A DNA stretch of 64,000 nt from the human T2T-CHM13v2.0 reference genome, Homo sapiens (GCF_009914755.1 NC_060935.1); one strand, 5' to 3'. Shown: positions 28,670 to 54,053, counted from the stretch's first letter. Notes: a model not told the origin generated them from the sequence alone. Translations and numbers: made by a program.

Positions 28670-30693
28670 TAGGCAAATCTACTTATATGTAATTAACTAT
28701 TAGAGGTCCACTGTATTTTTTTTGCTGATGAAAAATACAAAGATTTTCTTTCCTACTAGAAATTTTTACCTGATATTATGTCACTATCATTTCTTTGAAT
28801 TTGTTAGATATACGATAGATTAAATCAATATGTTTCCGCAATAAAAGAACTGATTCTGACATCATTCATTATCTAAAGTTCTTTCTTGGCTGCGTTTAAA
28901 AATAACAAAACTTTTGTTTCCAAATGGTGAGATATGAAGTAAAATAACTTCGGTGGGCATATATTCTTATTTTCCTAGAGTTTATAGTAGAATTCATGAA
29001 GCAAATAAAACCCTGTAAAATAGGTTTAAAGTATTGAAATGTAAAATTCTAAACTTTTTCTGTTACTAGTCTCGTTTGTTTATTTATAAAGCTAACAATT
29101 TTTATAACCTTCTGTCTTTTCCTCCCTAAGACTTTTTATTGCTTTATTTTTAGAAGCTTATTGTGGGCATGATTAAGATGAAAGCAAAAATTTTAGATAT
29201 GTAGCAGAGGAAGAAAATACATTTAGGACAAACTGCCTCTTAAGTAGAGAAAATAGTAGTTGAGCTATTCTAGTTGAAATTTCTTACTTGGTTGCAAATG
29301 TACCCTCAAAAGTGGAAGATGATTTTATGCAAAATGTGGCTGTCTGTGGAGAGTCAATTTGGGCAAATTAAACTAAATGACCTAAACATTTATACCAGCT
29401 ACAATATTGTGACTTTTATATAACTACTTTTATTCAATCAGGTACAATTTCATCATTTCTCCAATTTAATTGCTTTAAAATGTTACCATTGGGTGCCATC
29501 CCAGAACCCCATGGGGAAGGCTGTTAAGAAGTCCCAGCTCTATTCCTCTATTCTAACCTCCCTCAGCGTCTCTTTCTTGCTTTCAGCCAGCTCCCAAAGG
29601 ATTCAGCACTCATTCTTCCACTCCTCGCAGCTGTCACCACCAGCTCTGTTTCCTGGGGTTCCTCCCCAACCTCATCCCACCCAAGACTGGTTATGATCTG
29701 ACCTAGTTTCCTTAGCACCCCCCTTCCTTTCTATCTCTGAAAATAAGTATGAACACTGTTTACACACTGAGGGTACAGAGCATTAAGACGAACCTGTAAT
29801 CCAGCTGTCTCTGCCATTATCATGCACATATCCTTTGTGGGAGACTCATCCACCGTCACGTGCCTGACTTCCCCTTAGAATCTGCAAAGAATAAAATCGC
29901 TATGTTTAGTTGTCTTTTTTTTTTCAAGAATGTGTCTTTTTAGCTAGTACCCCTTTCCCTAGAGTGGCTGCTTACTGCATACACAATGATTGTGGCATGA
30001 AATAATTAAACGATAAAATCCCAGGCTGCTGTTGAATAGTGTCAGAAGGAGGTTGGTACTCTGCACTTAGCTACCCAGACCTGCCACACACATTTACAGC
30101 CACCACCTGGCCTCTGTAAGCATCAGAGTTTCCCGTTTCTGACCCCTCTCACTGAAAGTTTATCAAGATCAGCCAATCATGTGTATACATTTCTAGTGTG
30201 TGCTACTAAAAGAGTACTACCTGGATTCAGAAGTAGTATGTTCAAGCCTTGGATTTCCCCAGTATTAGGTGGGCAAGCATGGCACTCTCTCCACAGGGTT
30301 CTTTTAACTCTTCTCTCCACACCCGCACTGGAGACCACTGGTAACCATCTGTGGCCATCACCTAAACTCTCACCCAGGTAAGAATTCAAGATCCCTTTCC
30401 TTTAACCTGTTTCTAACCATCTCACTTATTAGCACTCCTTCAGTTCCAAGCTGGTTGAACTTACATCTTGGCTTTCTCTTAGTTTTCCCTGGATTTAATT
30501 ATTTAGGCCTCTTTTTTTTTTTTTTTTTTTTTTTGGAACTGACCTGGTAACACCATAGAATGCTGCCTCTGGCAATTTCCTTTGACCCAGTAGGAAAATT
30601 AGGAGCAGGGCTTGTTTTATTTCTCTTATCGACAGTGCCAGAATGGTGTCCACTGTATATTGTGTGCACACATCATCACATTTTTTTGTGTGA

Positions 30694-30915
<222 letters not shown>

Positions 30916-31169
30916 TAGCCAGGATGGTCTCGATCTCCTGACCTCATGATCTGCCCGCCTCAGCCTCCCAAGTGCTGGGATTACAGGCGTGAGCCACAAT
31001 GCCCGGCCCACGTTTTGCTGTTAATAATGATGGTGCTGAAGACTATGGCTTTGATGACTAGTTCTGCTTTAAGAAAACATTCCGTAAGTCTTCATCATTG
31101 CAGTGATATATATTTCCTTGCAGTGATATATATGTATATATTTATATATATACAGCCTACAAGGGGACA

Positions 31170-31430
31170 ATATGGCACAGTGAGTATGATCATGAACTTT
31201 GAAGCCGGACTTTTTGTGTTCAAACCCTTGCTCTGTCACTTTCTAGCTAGGTGAACTTAGCCAAGTTACTTAACTCTCTAGGCCTCAATTTCTTCACCTG
31301 CTGCTTCATAAGTTGGGGATAATGACAGTACTCAACTTCCTTGGGTTGTTATGAGGATTAAATGAGTTAACATTAGTAATGCTCTTGGAACAGCGTCTGA
31401 CACATCATAAGCACAAAAGTGTTTGTTAGA
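31170..31430 (+). mobile_element. MIR (other MIRs at about 3530-3720 +, 45100-45260 -, 45765-45995 +, 48850-48970 -)
   Basis: MIR core CCAAGTTACTTAACTCTCT-GGCCTCAATTTC ... GGGTTGTTATGAGGATTAAATGAG. Confidence 0.8.
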
Positions 31431-31440
31431 TAAAAAGTGA

Positions 31441-32080
31441 TTTTTTTTCCTGCCTTAGGTTGATTTGTACAAATAGCACAAGAGGACACCAACTCCATGC
31501 AGATGGCAGCCCAGCAGGTCACACCAGTCCTTCTGTCCTCACACTGGCAGACAGAGGCCTCCTCTCTGGAGTCTTCACAGGGGCCTGAGCTAGAGCTGGA
31601 AATGCAGCTGGAGCTGCAGCCAAAGCTGGGGCTGCAGGGCCTTGATTTGAGACTTGGCCTTGGTCTTGGGTGGGCAGAGGTAAGACCCTTGGCAATGCAG
31701 GCAGGAGCACGCTTCCCGAGCTTGGGGTAGGCAATGTAGGCAAGTCAATTGAGCTTCTGGATGATGTGCTTTGGGATTTGGGACTTAACCTCCTTGGCCT
31801 TTTTGAGGACTTTGATAGACTTGGCATACAGACACATGGCATTGGTACTGTTGGCCCGCTTCTTATTCACGCCCTTCTTGTTGTGCTTCTTGGCAAAGCA
31901 CGTGTTCCTCAGGAACTTGGGGTCTACCCCATTAAGAGGTTTGTATCTTTGTTATCACAGTTTCTTGATGTCATTTCTGTACCATTTTTGGGACTGGTTG
32001 TGTGTGGTGTGGTTCTTGGACTTGGCCATGTCTACATCATAACCTGTGGCTCCAGAAGCTCTTGGGACCAGAAGAGAAAG
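31441..32080 (-). pseudogene. RPL29 processed pseudogene (full-length mRNA copy, disabled)
   Basis: ATG at 32029 gives [51 protein letters not shown]...KLN*LAYIAYPKLGKR. Intronless, starts with pyrimidine-rich CTTTCTCTTC, polyA signal decayed to AATCAA, poly(A) remnant at 31441-31448, TSD AAAAAGTGA at 31432 and 32085. Stops at codons 25-26 and later. Confidence 0.96.
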
Positions 32081-32255
32081 AACCAAAAAGTGAATTTTAT
32101 TTTAAAAAAATGTTTTGAGACAGGGTCTCATTCTGATGCCCAGGTTGGGGTGCAGTGGCACAATCATGGCTCACTGCAGCCTCAACCTAGCCATCCTCCT
32201 GCCTCAGCCTCCTGAGTAGCTGGGACTGCAGAAGTGCACTACCATGCCCAGCTAA

Positions 32256-32420
<165 letters not shown>

Positions 32421-33270
32421 TAGATAGTATTAAAATATTATCATTTGGAACAAGTGAAAAATATTTTCACGTAGCCAGGCTGAGTTCCAGAATGAATTTA
32501 GTTTAATTGCTTTGCTTAATTTTTTTTGAGACAGAGTCTCACTCTGTTGCCCAGGCTGGAGTGCAGTGGCGCGATCTTGGCTCACTGCAACCTCTGCCTC
32601 CTGAATTCCAGCGATTCTCTTGCCTCAGCCTCCTGAGTATCTAGGATCACAGACGCCTGCCACTATGTCTGGCTAATTTTTGTATGTTTTTCAGAGACAA
32701 GGTTTCGCCATGTTGCCTAGGCTGGTCTCTAACCCCTGAGCTCCGGTGATTCACCCGCCTCAGCTTCCCAAAGTGCTGGGATTACAGACATGAGCCACTG
32801 TGCCGGCCTGTTTTGCTTAATATTGATTGCTTTTAGTTTCAGCTTTCAATCACAAAAGACAATCATGCAGTAGATAATTAAGTGTAATATGGATTACTTT
32901 GAAACTTAGCAATGAGAGTCTTTTTTTTTCTTTTTATACAAAATTCCTCTAAAATGGGAATATTTTTCACATAAAATAAAGGGAAACTTAGAAAATGTGT
33001 CTAAGTATAATGGAAGCATTCAAATGTTTGTTTTAAGCTTTCTAATACATTTATTTGTACAGATCAAGACTTACTAATATGCTAAAAAGGAACAGTTAAA
33101 ATAAACTATTGTACATTCTTAAAATGGTCTACTGTGCAGCTGTTTACAAGAATGCAGTAAATTTATATATACTCATGTGGGACAGCCATCCAGCTATCTC
33201 ATGATTAAAAAAGGAATGTGTAAAACACTATGTATGGCATGCACATATTCCAGAACAGTGTTCTTAAATG

Positions 33271-34010
<740 letters not shown>

Positions 34011-35198
34011 ATGGGTCACACTCAAAATTAGGGATATGAATAAAGCAACATTATTCTTTACTTTTACTGCCTCTTTAAACCTTGAAGGAAATTTTGTGTG
34101 GATGCCTCACAACTTTTTTGATCACTCAGATAATATGAAGTCCCCTAGCACTTTTATTTCCAATAATAGTTTCAGTGCTGTAATTAAACTGGCCAGTCCA
34201 GTGAAATAATGGAAACACGAAGCCCCTGTATGAATGAGAGCTCATTGCTTCCTCCAGCTCAGCTTTGCTTTAAGCACGAGGAAGAGGGGCAGCCTGGGAG
34301 GCTTATTACAGCTCAGTTTCTTGGCTTTGGGCTTCTATTGCTCCTCTCCCCTAAGCAACTCGGATGCCCCAGGGTTGAAAAGAAAAGGAAGAAATAACGG
34401 ACGGGAAAGCCTTTACTGAACTGGTGACCAGGTAATTCTTGTTGGGGCCTTCTAGGAGTAGCAGATACTGGTTCTTATTCTTTCTCTCTTCTACAGTTTT
34501 CTCAAAGACCCCTCCCATTGGAGACTTCCAGTTGCAATTCCTGTGATGTAGTTGATGCTTTTCTCTGGCAGCCTACTTACACCTCCATCCCTCAGCACTT
34601 GGATGTCTGATGGTTCAACTCAAACACACATTCTTTTGGAATCCCATGTCCTTCTAGGCAGCCCAATTGGGCAAGGTCCTTTTAAAGTCAATTTCAGGTT
34701 GGTTTTTGCCCATGAGTTCACTTGGCCCTCATGTTAATGCAGACCACTCCCAGAGAAGCCTCGCTTCTCTCCATTCCCTGCCTCTTCATGCTGCAAACCA
34801 TATATCACCTTAGATTTTCCGGATGTGCCACAACTCTGGGGGATGCCATCCCAGCCCTGGAAGTGGTGGTTTGGGTTTGGGCTTGGGTTTTTTGTTTGTT
34901 TGTTTTTTGAGATAGGTTTGGTTTTGCTCTGTCACCCAAGCTGGAGCAATACTTCCACTTCAGCCTTCCGAGTAGCTGGGTCTGCAGGCATCGGCCACCA
35001 TGCCCAGCTATTTTTTTTTTTTTTCCAGAGACAGAGTTTTCCCATCTTGTCCAGGCTGGTCTCAAACTCCTGGGCTTGAGCAGTCCACCCACTTCAGTCT
35101 CCAGAGTGGTGGGATTACAGGTCTGAACCACCTTACCCAGTCAGAAGTGGTGTTTTTGAAGACTTATTTTGTTTTGTTTTGTTTTGTTTTTGAGATAG

Positions 35199-35489
<291 letters not shown>

Positions 35490-35854
35490 TAAGGGAAAAC
35501 ACCAAAAAAAAAAAAAAAAAAGATAAGGGAAAACACCATCCTCTTGGCCCTCATGAACATGAGGAAAACACACAGAGATAACACACTCCAAAGAAAATTC
35601 CCTTCTTATGGCCACTTCAGTGCGAAGCCTTTTATACCCTCAAGATTGGTCTAAGGTTCATAAGGCCAGTTTTTTATTCTTGTATTTGTAAATCCTGTTT
35701 GGGAGGTAGCCATTCTCTTTGGAATGTGAGTGTTTACGATATCTACTATTTTTCTCCTAATTTTTGAGGGTATAACTGAAACTAAGAAAGGATCTCATTA
35801 TAACATTCTTTTTAACTTATATATCCAGAGAATACTTCTTCAAAAAATATTTTA

Positions 35855-36260
35855 AAAAATGAAAATTTCAACAAATCTAAAGATCTAATTAGCTTTTAGT
35901 AGTGATTCATGAATTGGGCATCATTCTGTCCAAAACAGAGGGAGCTCTGTTGGCCATGCAGAAGAGTTGGTTTTTGTAAGGTAGCCTGAGCAGAAACGAG
36001 GAAACAGAAAAATTTTAAAAAGTAGATGGGTTAAGATAAGTTTACGTTAAGGTACTTTCACTGTAAGGATTAAATCATGTCCTTATCACGTCAACCTGTT
36101 TTTAGGAAAAACTGGCCTGTTTGGGGATTTCCTTGCTTCCTTAAAGTTTTAGCTTGATTATGTAGCACTTAGCATGAATGACTCCATTTTGGTTTGGTCT
36201 GTTGGGGCCTGGTGCAAGAGCTCAGTCTAAAACAATGGCCTCCTATAAATTTTATTTAAT
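35855..36260 (-). mobile_element. MER31/MER67-type ERV1 LTR
   Basis: Minus strand begins TTAAATAAAATTTATAGGAGGCCATTGTTTTAGACTGAGCTCTTGCACCAGGCCCCAACAGACCAAACCAAAATGGAGTCA. Confidence 0.7.
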
Positions 36261-36395
36261 AAAGGATACCTGAGAAATGGATGCCTACCTCCAGGGTTTG
36301 GGGAAAGGGTTGTGGAGGGAGACATTTCACTGTATAGCCTTTAACGCCTTTTAAATCTTATACCATGTTCATTTGTCACCTATTCCACATATCTA

Positions 36396-36738
<343 letters not shown>

Positions 36739-37798
36739 CTAAAAAACAGAAAAAAAAAACAAACAAAAACAAATGAGGTTTGTTTTAAAAGCAAAATTAT
36801 AACTCAAGGCACAAAGTGAAGAATTGATGTATATGTACATTTACATACCAAGAAAGGCACTTTGTCTTTAATTCTCCATATATCTTAGTTCTTCTTCTTT
36901 TTTTTTTTTTTTTTTTTTTTTTTTGGCTAACTTACATTGTCACAATTCCTCACTGCTTATTTACACCTTTCTGGTACCATCAAACTGATAAATTATGGTT
37001 GATTTCATTGTGCTTCAATCTTGTTTACATCTGATTTTGAGTCATAGAACTGCAAAATTTGAAGGAAGCTTAAATATTATTGTGTAAGTGTTCCTTGGGT
37101 CATGGCTGACAAAGCTGAGGCCCTCATACAGTCATCACAGCAGAGACACACTCCAGGAAGCCTTTTGCAGAACAGTGAACCGGCCTGGCTTTTGTTGTGT
37201 ATGTTTGTTTCCTTTTTTTTTACGTTTAATGCAAGTGTTGAAGATAAATGAATGTACCCACTCTATTATATAACACAATGACAGCCTTTGTTCCTCCCTG
37301 GTGCTATCCTTAGGGTAGGACTCAGTGCTTCTCTTTATTTATCAAAAGAAAGTTCATTCTATAAGGCACTAGAGGGAAGATTTTGTAGAGAAGGTGGACT
37401 GGAGAGTTACATCATATAACACACAGTAAAATTTAATGAAAGTCTCTGTTAAACAGTTTTGTTCTTCCCGTAAATTCATCTCCAGACAACAGCTGCCCCC
37501 TCTCCCTTATAACCCTTTTTTCAGGCAGGCTGTTTAGGCCTGCCTGGTTACAATCAGGTTTCCAGCCCCAGGGATCTTCTTTCCAAACTCCTAAATCACT
37601 CCTTTTTCTCCTGCAGAGTAATTTAGCTCTCTCCTGGTTTCTTCAATTTTGTATCTTCACACCTGAAATTCCGTTCATCTAATAATCTACTTCCATTAGA
37701 AGAAAGTAAGTAATCCACAAAATTTTTAAAATATTGGTTTTTAAATTTATCTATTTAGGCCAGGCATGATGGCTCCCGCCTGTAATCCCAGCACTTTA

Positions 37799-38038
<240 letters not shown>

Positions 38039-38080
38039 TCAAAAAAACAAAAGAAATGAAAAAATTTATTTATTTATTTT

Positions 38081-38169
38081 AAGGCTAGTCAAGTGGAAGC
38101 AGTGGAAATAGAAACAAAGAAATCTGTAACTGGTTGTGATCAATTAGTTGTAAACACCACTGCACAGCC
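38081..38169 (-). pseudogene. Y3 RNA (RNY3) retropseudogene
   Basis: Reverse complement is GGCT-GTGCAGTGGTGTTTACAACTAATTGATCACAACCAGTTACAGATTTCTTTGTT...CACTTGACTAGCCTT, matching hY3 with a ~7-nt deletion in the 5' stem. (TAAA)n tail at 38065-38080. Confidence 0.93.
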
Positions 38170-38339
38170 TAAAAATATTTGTCTCAAAATAATTTTTTCT
38201 TCATGTCACATTACAAGACAGCAACAATAAGTAAGCACAGAGTCCGGGTTGATACAGTTCAGGACATTTGGTATCGCAAAACCCCAGAATATTAGAGCTA
38301 TAAAGGCCCTGACTTAACAGATGAAGAAACTGAGACCTA

Positions 38340-39790
38340 GAATAATATCCTGTTAGTTGACCTCCAGAATCTGTTTTCTCTTCTCCTACAGTGATAGATT
38401 TATAGCTTGGTGTGGCCATGACTAAATTCTCACCAATGGAATGGAGACACAGGTGACTTGTGCAGATTCCAAGTTGCCTGTTTAAAAGGAAGTTGTTGGC
38501 TGGGCGCGATGGCTCACGCCTGCAATCCCAACACTTTGGGAGGCCAAGGTGAGCGGATCACGAGGTCAGGAATTTGAGACCAGCCTGGCCAATTTGGTGA
38601 ATCTCTACCAAATGTGGCCATCTCTACCAAAAAAAAAAATACAAAAATTAGCCGGGCATGGTGGTGCATGCCTGTAGTCCCAGGTACTTGGGAGGCTGAG
38701 GCAAAGAATCTCTTGACCTGGGAGGCAGAGGTTGCAGCGAGCTGAGATGATACCACTGCACTCCAGCCTGGGCAACAGAGTGAGACCCTGTCTCAAGAAA
38801 AATTAAAAAAAAAAATTTTTTTTAAAGGAAGTTTCTTGTTCTTCATCTCTTTTCCCCCATTCTCTTGAACAAGAAATCAGGCTTGATAGCAACACAACTT
38901 GGAAGATTCGGACAAAAAACGATACCCTACCATCTCGCTATTCTGTGTGCTCCACGTGTGAGTAGCATCAGCATCACCTAAGAACTTGTTAGAAAGGTGG
39001 AATCATAGGACTCACTCCAGACATACTGAATCAGAGCCTGCAGTTTAACAAGATGCTCATGTGATTCACCTTCATATTAAAGTTTGAGAAGAACTGATTT
39101 AGAAAATAGCAGAGCCAGGAGATGGAATCAGGATTCCTGATTGTCACAAGCTAAACTACACTGACAACTTGGACCACTTACTCCCCCCACCCCCAATTTT
39201 CAATTTTGGTAAAATACACATAACATGAAATTTACCACCTTAACCATTTTTAAGTGTACTGTTTAGGGATATTAAGTACCTTGCAACCATCACCACCATC
39301 CATTGCCTGAATTCTTTCATCTTGCAAAATGGACACTTGAAACTCTACACCTATTTTTTTGTTTTCTTTTGTTTTGTTTTAAGACAGAGTCTCACTCTGT
39401 CACCCCGGCTGGAGTGCAGTGGCGCAATCTTAGCTCACTGCAACCTCTGCCCCCCCAGGTTCTAGCGATTCTCCTGCCTCAGCCTCCTGAGTAGCTGGGA
39501 TTACAGGCGCGTGCCACCACGCCCAGATAATTTTTGTATTTTTAGTAGAGATGGGGTTTCATCATGTTGGTCAGGCTGGTCTCGAATTCCTGACCTCGTG
39601 ATCCGCCTGCCTCAGCCTCACAAAGTGCTGGGTTTACAGGCGTGAGCCACCTCACCCGGCCGAAACTCTATACCTATTAAACACCTCTCCGCTCACTCCT
39701 CCCACCAGCCCCCAGTAACCACTGTTCTACTTTCTCTTGAACTCATCTATTTTTGGATTGTTGAGAGAGACTTAAGCCACGGTATTTTGG
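38340..39790 (+). mobile_element. Fragmented MLT1-type LTR with nested MER5A (about 38935-39098), Alus and an L1MB 3' piece
   Basis: TGTGGCCATGACTAAATTCTCACCAATGGAAT (MLT1); AGCATCAGCATCACCT...AAGTTTGAGAAG (MER5A). Confidence 0.6.
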
Positions 39791-40160
39791 GATGTACTGC
39801 TCAGATTTCCCCTTTTTAGGACCAAACCACTCATTTTCTCAGCTACTGAGAGTATTGGCAAATGACAGACTAAGTTCAGTTCCTCTTCAGAAATTGCCCT
39901 TGGCTGAAGAGAGATACTTAACCCAAAGTCTTTCCAGAGTCAGTCAGTCCACATCCAATGGGTACAGCAGCCAATGCAAGTATTAATACTAGTTGCCTTG
40001 CCCCAGTTTGGGATAATGCCAAGGGATCATTCCAACTACAGAGTTTCTCTTGATTTATTGCGATTGCATCACAATTCAACTTTTTCCTCTGCCTAATTCT
40101 TCCTTTCCTCCTCCACAGGGTTGATCTGGTTAATATTCCCCAATAAACATCATTTTGTAT
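39790..40160 (+). mobile_element. LTR16A-like ERVL LTR
   Basis: AGAAATTGCCCTTGGCTGAAGAGAG, GATTGCATCACAATTCAACTT, CCCCAATAAAC. Confidence 0.7.
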
Positions 40161-40354
40161 CCTTGGCCTAGGCATAAGAGCTGTACTAGTGATGAAGGCC
40201 ATGACTCTACTCCCTCTCCCTCATGAAGCCCCGGGCCCAGCCCCTGCCTGCCAAGATAATAGAAAATCATATACATTTTGGGGGTAACGACAAAGATTGG
40301 TGCTATTTATATAAAGCCTAAAGGGTGCAGTGGCCATGGTCCCCACAATATCTC

Positions 40355-44230
<3,876 letters not shown>

Positions 44231-44234
44231 CATA

Positions 44235-45010
44235 TCTTCACTTAATTTTTCAGTCTCACCTCTTCAAAAGCCAGATGAGTCCTGGAGGATAAAGCAAATG
44301 CAAACAAGTAGTAGTCTCAATTGCAGTTGCTGTGCATGGTATAATATCCTTGCTACAGCAAATTTAATGGCCTCAGATTCATGGTATGCAGCCATTGGTC
44401 TGATGAATAATTTCTTTTCCAAACCTATCCGAAAGAAGAATTAGAAGAAATTTGTATACATTTAGGGGTCTTGCCCAGGCCATGTGGGCATTCTTCAGAG
44501 TATCACTTTAGTCCTTCTTTTTTTGAGACAGAGTCTCACTCTGTTGCCCAGGCTGGAGTGCAGTGGCATGATCTTGGCTCACTGCAGCCTCACGGTTCAA
44601 GTGATTCTCTTGCCTCAGCCTCTGGAGTAGCTAGGATTACAGGTGCGCCACCACCATGCCTGGCTAATTTTTGTATTTTTGGTAGAGATGGGGTTTCACC
44701 GTGTTGGCCAGGCTGCTCTCGAACTCCTGGCCTCAAGTGATCTGCCGGCCTTGGCCTCCCAAAGTGCTGGGATTATAGGCATGAGCCACCATGCCCGACC
44801 CACATTAGTCAATTTTACTGATTATATCATGTTAATTGAACTGCCTGGGGCAAGTACACTGGGCTTTGGTAAGACACAGACCTCCAGAGGGTGGGAGATA
44901 AACCCTACAAAGATTCAGGGTCCTGCTACATAACATGTTCTGGAGTCCAAGTAGCTTGGGTTATGCTGAGACATCCCCTCCAGAATAAAAGGCAAACCTC
45001 CATTTCAGAG
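44235..45010 (+). mobile_element. ERVL (HERV-L-like) pol reverse-transcriptase fragment split by an Alu
   Basis: Peptides [38 protein letters not shown] and RGWEINPTKIQGPAT resemble HERV-L RT (QKTDGSWR, WYAAIDLANAFFSIP, LVHYIDDIMLI, RGWEINPTKIQGP). Confidence 0.85.
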
Positions 45011-45524
45011 TCTGATCCCAAATAACCTGACAGGTGGCATGGGGTCTTTTTGTTGTAAGGGATTAGCCAACCCTAACTGACACTATAGCTAATAATGATT
45101 GAATGCTGACAATATGGATGACAGTTTTCTATAACCCCTGTATCACCAATGAGGAAACTAAGGCACAGAATGGTCAATAACTGGCCTAAGTTTACAAGTA
45201 GGCAACAGAGCTGGGCTTTGAATTCAGACACCTGTTTTCTAGGCTCATACTTTTAAATCATTTCATGACATTACCTCTCCATATCCAAGGTCACGCAGCA
45301 GTCAGTGGCAAAAACCAATTCTGAGACTTGGGTTCCCGAATGGCGTTTCAGTGATCATTTTTTTCTGCACTCTCTTCACTACATTTCTCTAGGTCTGAAT
45401 AAACATTTTCTTCTCCAATTAAAGGTGTGCTCAGCTGGATGTGGTGGCTCATGCCTGTAATCCCAGCATTTTAGGAGGCCAAGATGGACAGATTACTTGA
45501 GGCCAGGAGTTTGAGACCAGCCTA

Positions 45525-45752
<228 letters not shown>

Positions 45753-46211
45753 CTAATGCTGAGGTCACGAGCTTGGGCTGTGGCGTAAGATAGACCTGAG
45801 TCTCTACTATTTACTAGCAGAGTGACATTAAGGATATTGCTCACACTCTTTGAGTTTTCTCATATGTAAATTGGAACAATAATAACAGTACCTGTTTCAT
45901 AGAGTTGATGCAAAGATTAAATGATATAATATTTAGTATGTGAGATTAAAACCTTGACATGTAACCCAGTCATTAATATTAACTGACATTATTATTATTT
46001 TTGCCTGGCATCTAGATATCTGGGGAGTCTTCCTCTTTCTTCGTCTCATCTCTATTTGACTTTCTATTAAACTGGGATTCCCTGATTCCTGAGGATCTGA
46101 TTATTCAAGCTCAAAACTTTGACTGGCTGGCCTGGTGTGGTGGCTCATCATGCCTGTAATCCCAGCACTTTGAGAGGCCAAGGTGGGCAGATCACTTGGG
46201 GTCAGGAGTTA

Positions 46212-46409
<198 letters not shown>

Positions 46410-46619
46410 TCACAACAACAACAACGTTTACTAGCAAATGGAAGAGGGAACACTGATTTGCCTGGTATATATACCACATAAGGATTTCCTTGAATCTCAT
46501 GGGTATTCTGTATGTGCACAAAGCAACTGCACACATGAATATGTAAAATGAAGGACTATTCATTTGTGCCTCAGGTGTCATTATCACTATGCTATCGGGA
46601 AGGCAGTTTTCCCTTGAAG

Positions 46620-48853
<2,234 letters not shown>

Positions 48854-50797
48854 TAAGTCTCTACAATAATCGTTTTACACTGTTTATCACCATTTTATAA
48901 ATGAGGAAACAGGATCAGAGAGATGAAGTCATTTGTCCCAGGTCACACAGTGAGTAAGTGACTGATGTGAACAGCTCCAGCTCTTGGCCTTACCTCACCC
49001 AGCTCACTATATCCCTTAGCTGGGAGTGCATTGGAAAACTATGGGTCTCTGGCTCAGGGCCCAGCAGTGAAATTGCTGGAACTTCAACCCCCACCCTTCC
49101 CTCCATCTCCTGGAAATGTCTGTGTTCTGGTTCCAGGAACTGCTGAGCCACCTTGCTGGTGGTGGTTGCCTCTCCTCTGCCCCAGCCATCCGTCCTCCCT
49201 GCCTCATTTCCATGGTCACAATTGCTCTTCAGGAAAGCGGGGGAGCCTCTGCTTCCAGTTTCCTGCAGGGCTTCAAAGAAGGCAGCAGCTGTTTTATTTG
49301 ATTTGGTTTTTATTCCAGGGGGGCCTGACATGGGCACGTGGGGCTGGCCTGGAAGGCTGTGTCACCTCTTACTTAACAGTGCCCCTCCCATATCCCAACT
49401 AAGCTAGCATGCTCAGCTTCTCTTTCCTTTCCAAGTGAATTCCTGCTCCAACTGTTGACTTGTATGAAAACTTAAAAGGGGCACCATTATTTACCAGGTC
49501 CTTAGGTGAATTTCAGCTCTGGTGGCCTGAAACTAGCCTCATGCTTCTCAAACGGGAGTCAGCCAGTCACTTAACAGTCATATCCCTCGAAATAGGCAGC
49601 GGTGTCATGGAAAAGTAATAGAGGGTATCTTCTGGGACTCTCAATTTTTCTGAATGGTGCCTGATTTAAAATATCTTAATTTCATGACAAATATGGCAGC
49701 ATAGAATAGAAAATGTTCATGAATGTTTAGGATAAACCCTGTGATTTAGATTCCTAGCTCTTGGATGTTCTGTAGCTATTCTACCTCCTTCTCCTTCCCA
49801 CCTCCATCTTACCGTCAGACCATCAGAGCTATACATGTCTTAGAGGTAAAAGCTGGAACTGCATTGGCTGAAGATATCTTCTATATGGTTATTAGGTTTT
49901 TATGGTAATAATCCACTAATTTTCCCCAAGTCCTCCATCCCCACCCCAAACATGTGCATTCTCAAAAGATGCTTTGCTTTGTCACTCACTGTAGGGTGCC
50001 TTTGTATGTACCCTGTGGCAGAGTCTGTCTCTTTTTTTTTTTTTTTTTTTTTTGAGACAGAGTCTCACTCTGTCACCCAAGCTAGAGTGCAGCTGCATGA
50101 TCTCAGCTTGCTGCAAACTCTGCCTCCCAGATTCAAGTGATTGTGCCTCAGCCTCCTAAATAGCTGGAATTACAGGTGCCTACCACCACACCTGGCTAAT
50201 TTTTGTATTTTTAGTACAGATAGGGTTTCACCTTATTGGCCAGGCTGGTCTCAAACTCTTGACCTCTAGTGATCCGCCTGCCTCGGCCTCCCAAAGTGCT
50301 AGGATTACAGGCGTGAGCCACCGTGCCCAGCCCAGAGTCTGTCCTTATTTCATAATTGTATCATACTGGAAACAAATATAGTGGTGGCATTGAGCAAGGG
50401 CTCAATAAGTGTCAGCTGAATGAATGAAAAGATGAATGAATAAATGAAAGTCTCACTCTTTTGAGTTTTGAACTGGGAATCTCTGCCTCACTATTAAGTA
50501 AAATCAAATTAAAACAAGGCAATGCTAATGATCACTATTTTATTTGGTGAATAATTTTGAGAAGATACAGGATAATGTTAGCATGGGAGGGGCAGCTCTG
50601 CCATGAGTACTCTGTGCACTCAGCAGTCTTGAGTAGGAAGGAAGAACGGCATCCTTATATTCATAGTGAGACTGTAAGTTGGTGCTACATTGCTGAGAGT
50701 AATTTGGCAACATTGACTAATATTTTTATGCTCTTGACTCCTTAATTTATTCTAGGGAATTGATGATACATAGGTAAAAATATGTATCTATTTATGA

Positions 50798-51196
<399 letters not shown>

Positions 51197-51244
51197 TGAG
51201 CCACCGCACCCAGCCAAAGTATTTTCAAATAATATTTAATGATA

Positions 51245-53800
<2,556 letters not shown>

Positions 53801-53891
53801 ATTAATTGTTTTTGAAAATTTAAAAATAGGCCGGGCACAGAGACTCATGCCTGTAATTCCAGCACTTTTTTTTTTTTTTTTTTTTTCTTGA

Positions 53892-54053
<162 letters not shown>

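Noticed and set aside
31497-32215. + strand ORFs of 77-181 aa and the minus-strand 107-aa ORF over the pseudogene
   Set aside because: Antisense or alternative-frame shadows of RPL29, mostly with non-ATG starts; the longest runs into an Alu. No independent coding evidence.
48958-49407. Overlapping ORFs in a moderately GC-rich unique segment with an E-box (CACGTG)
   Set aside because: No recognisable homology; open frames are expected at this GC content, and enhancer function cannot be supported from sequence alone.
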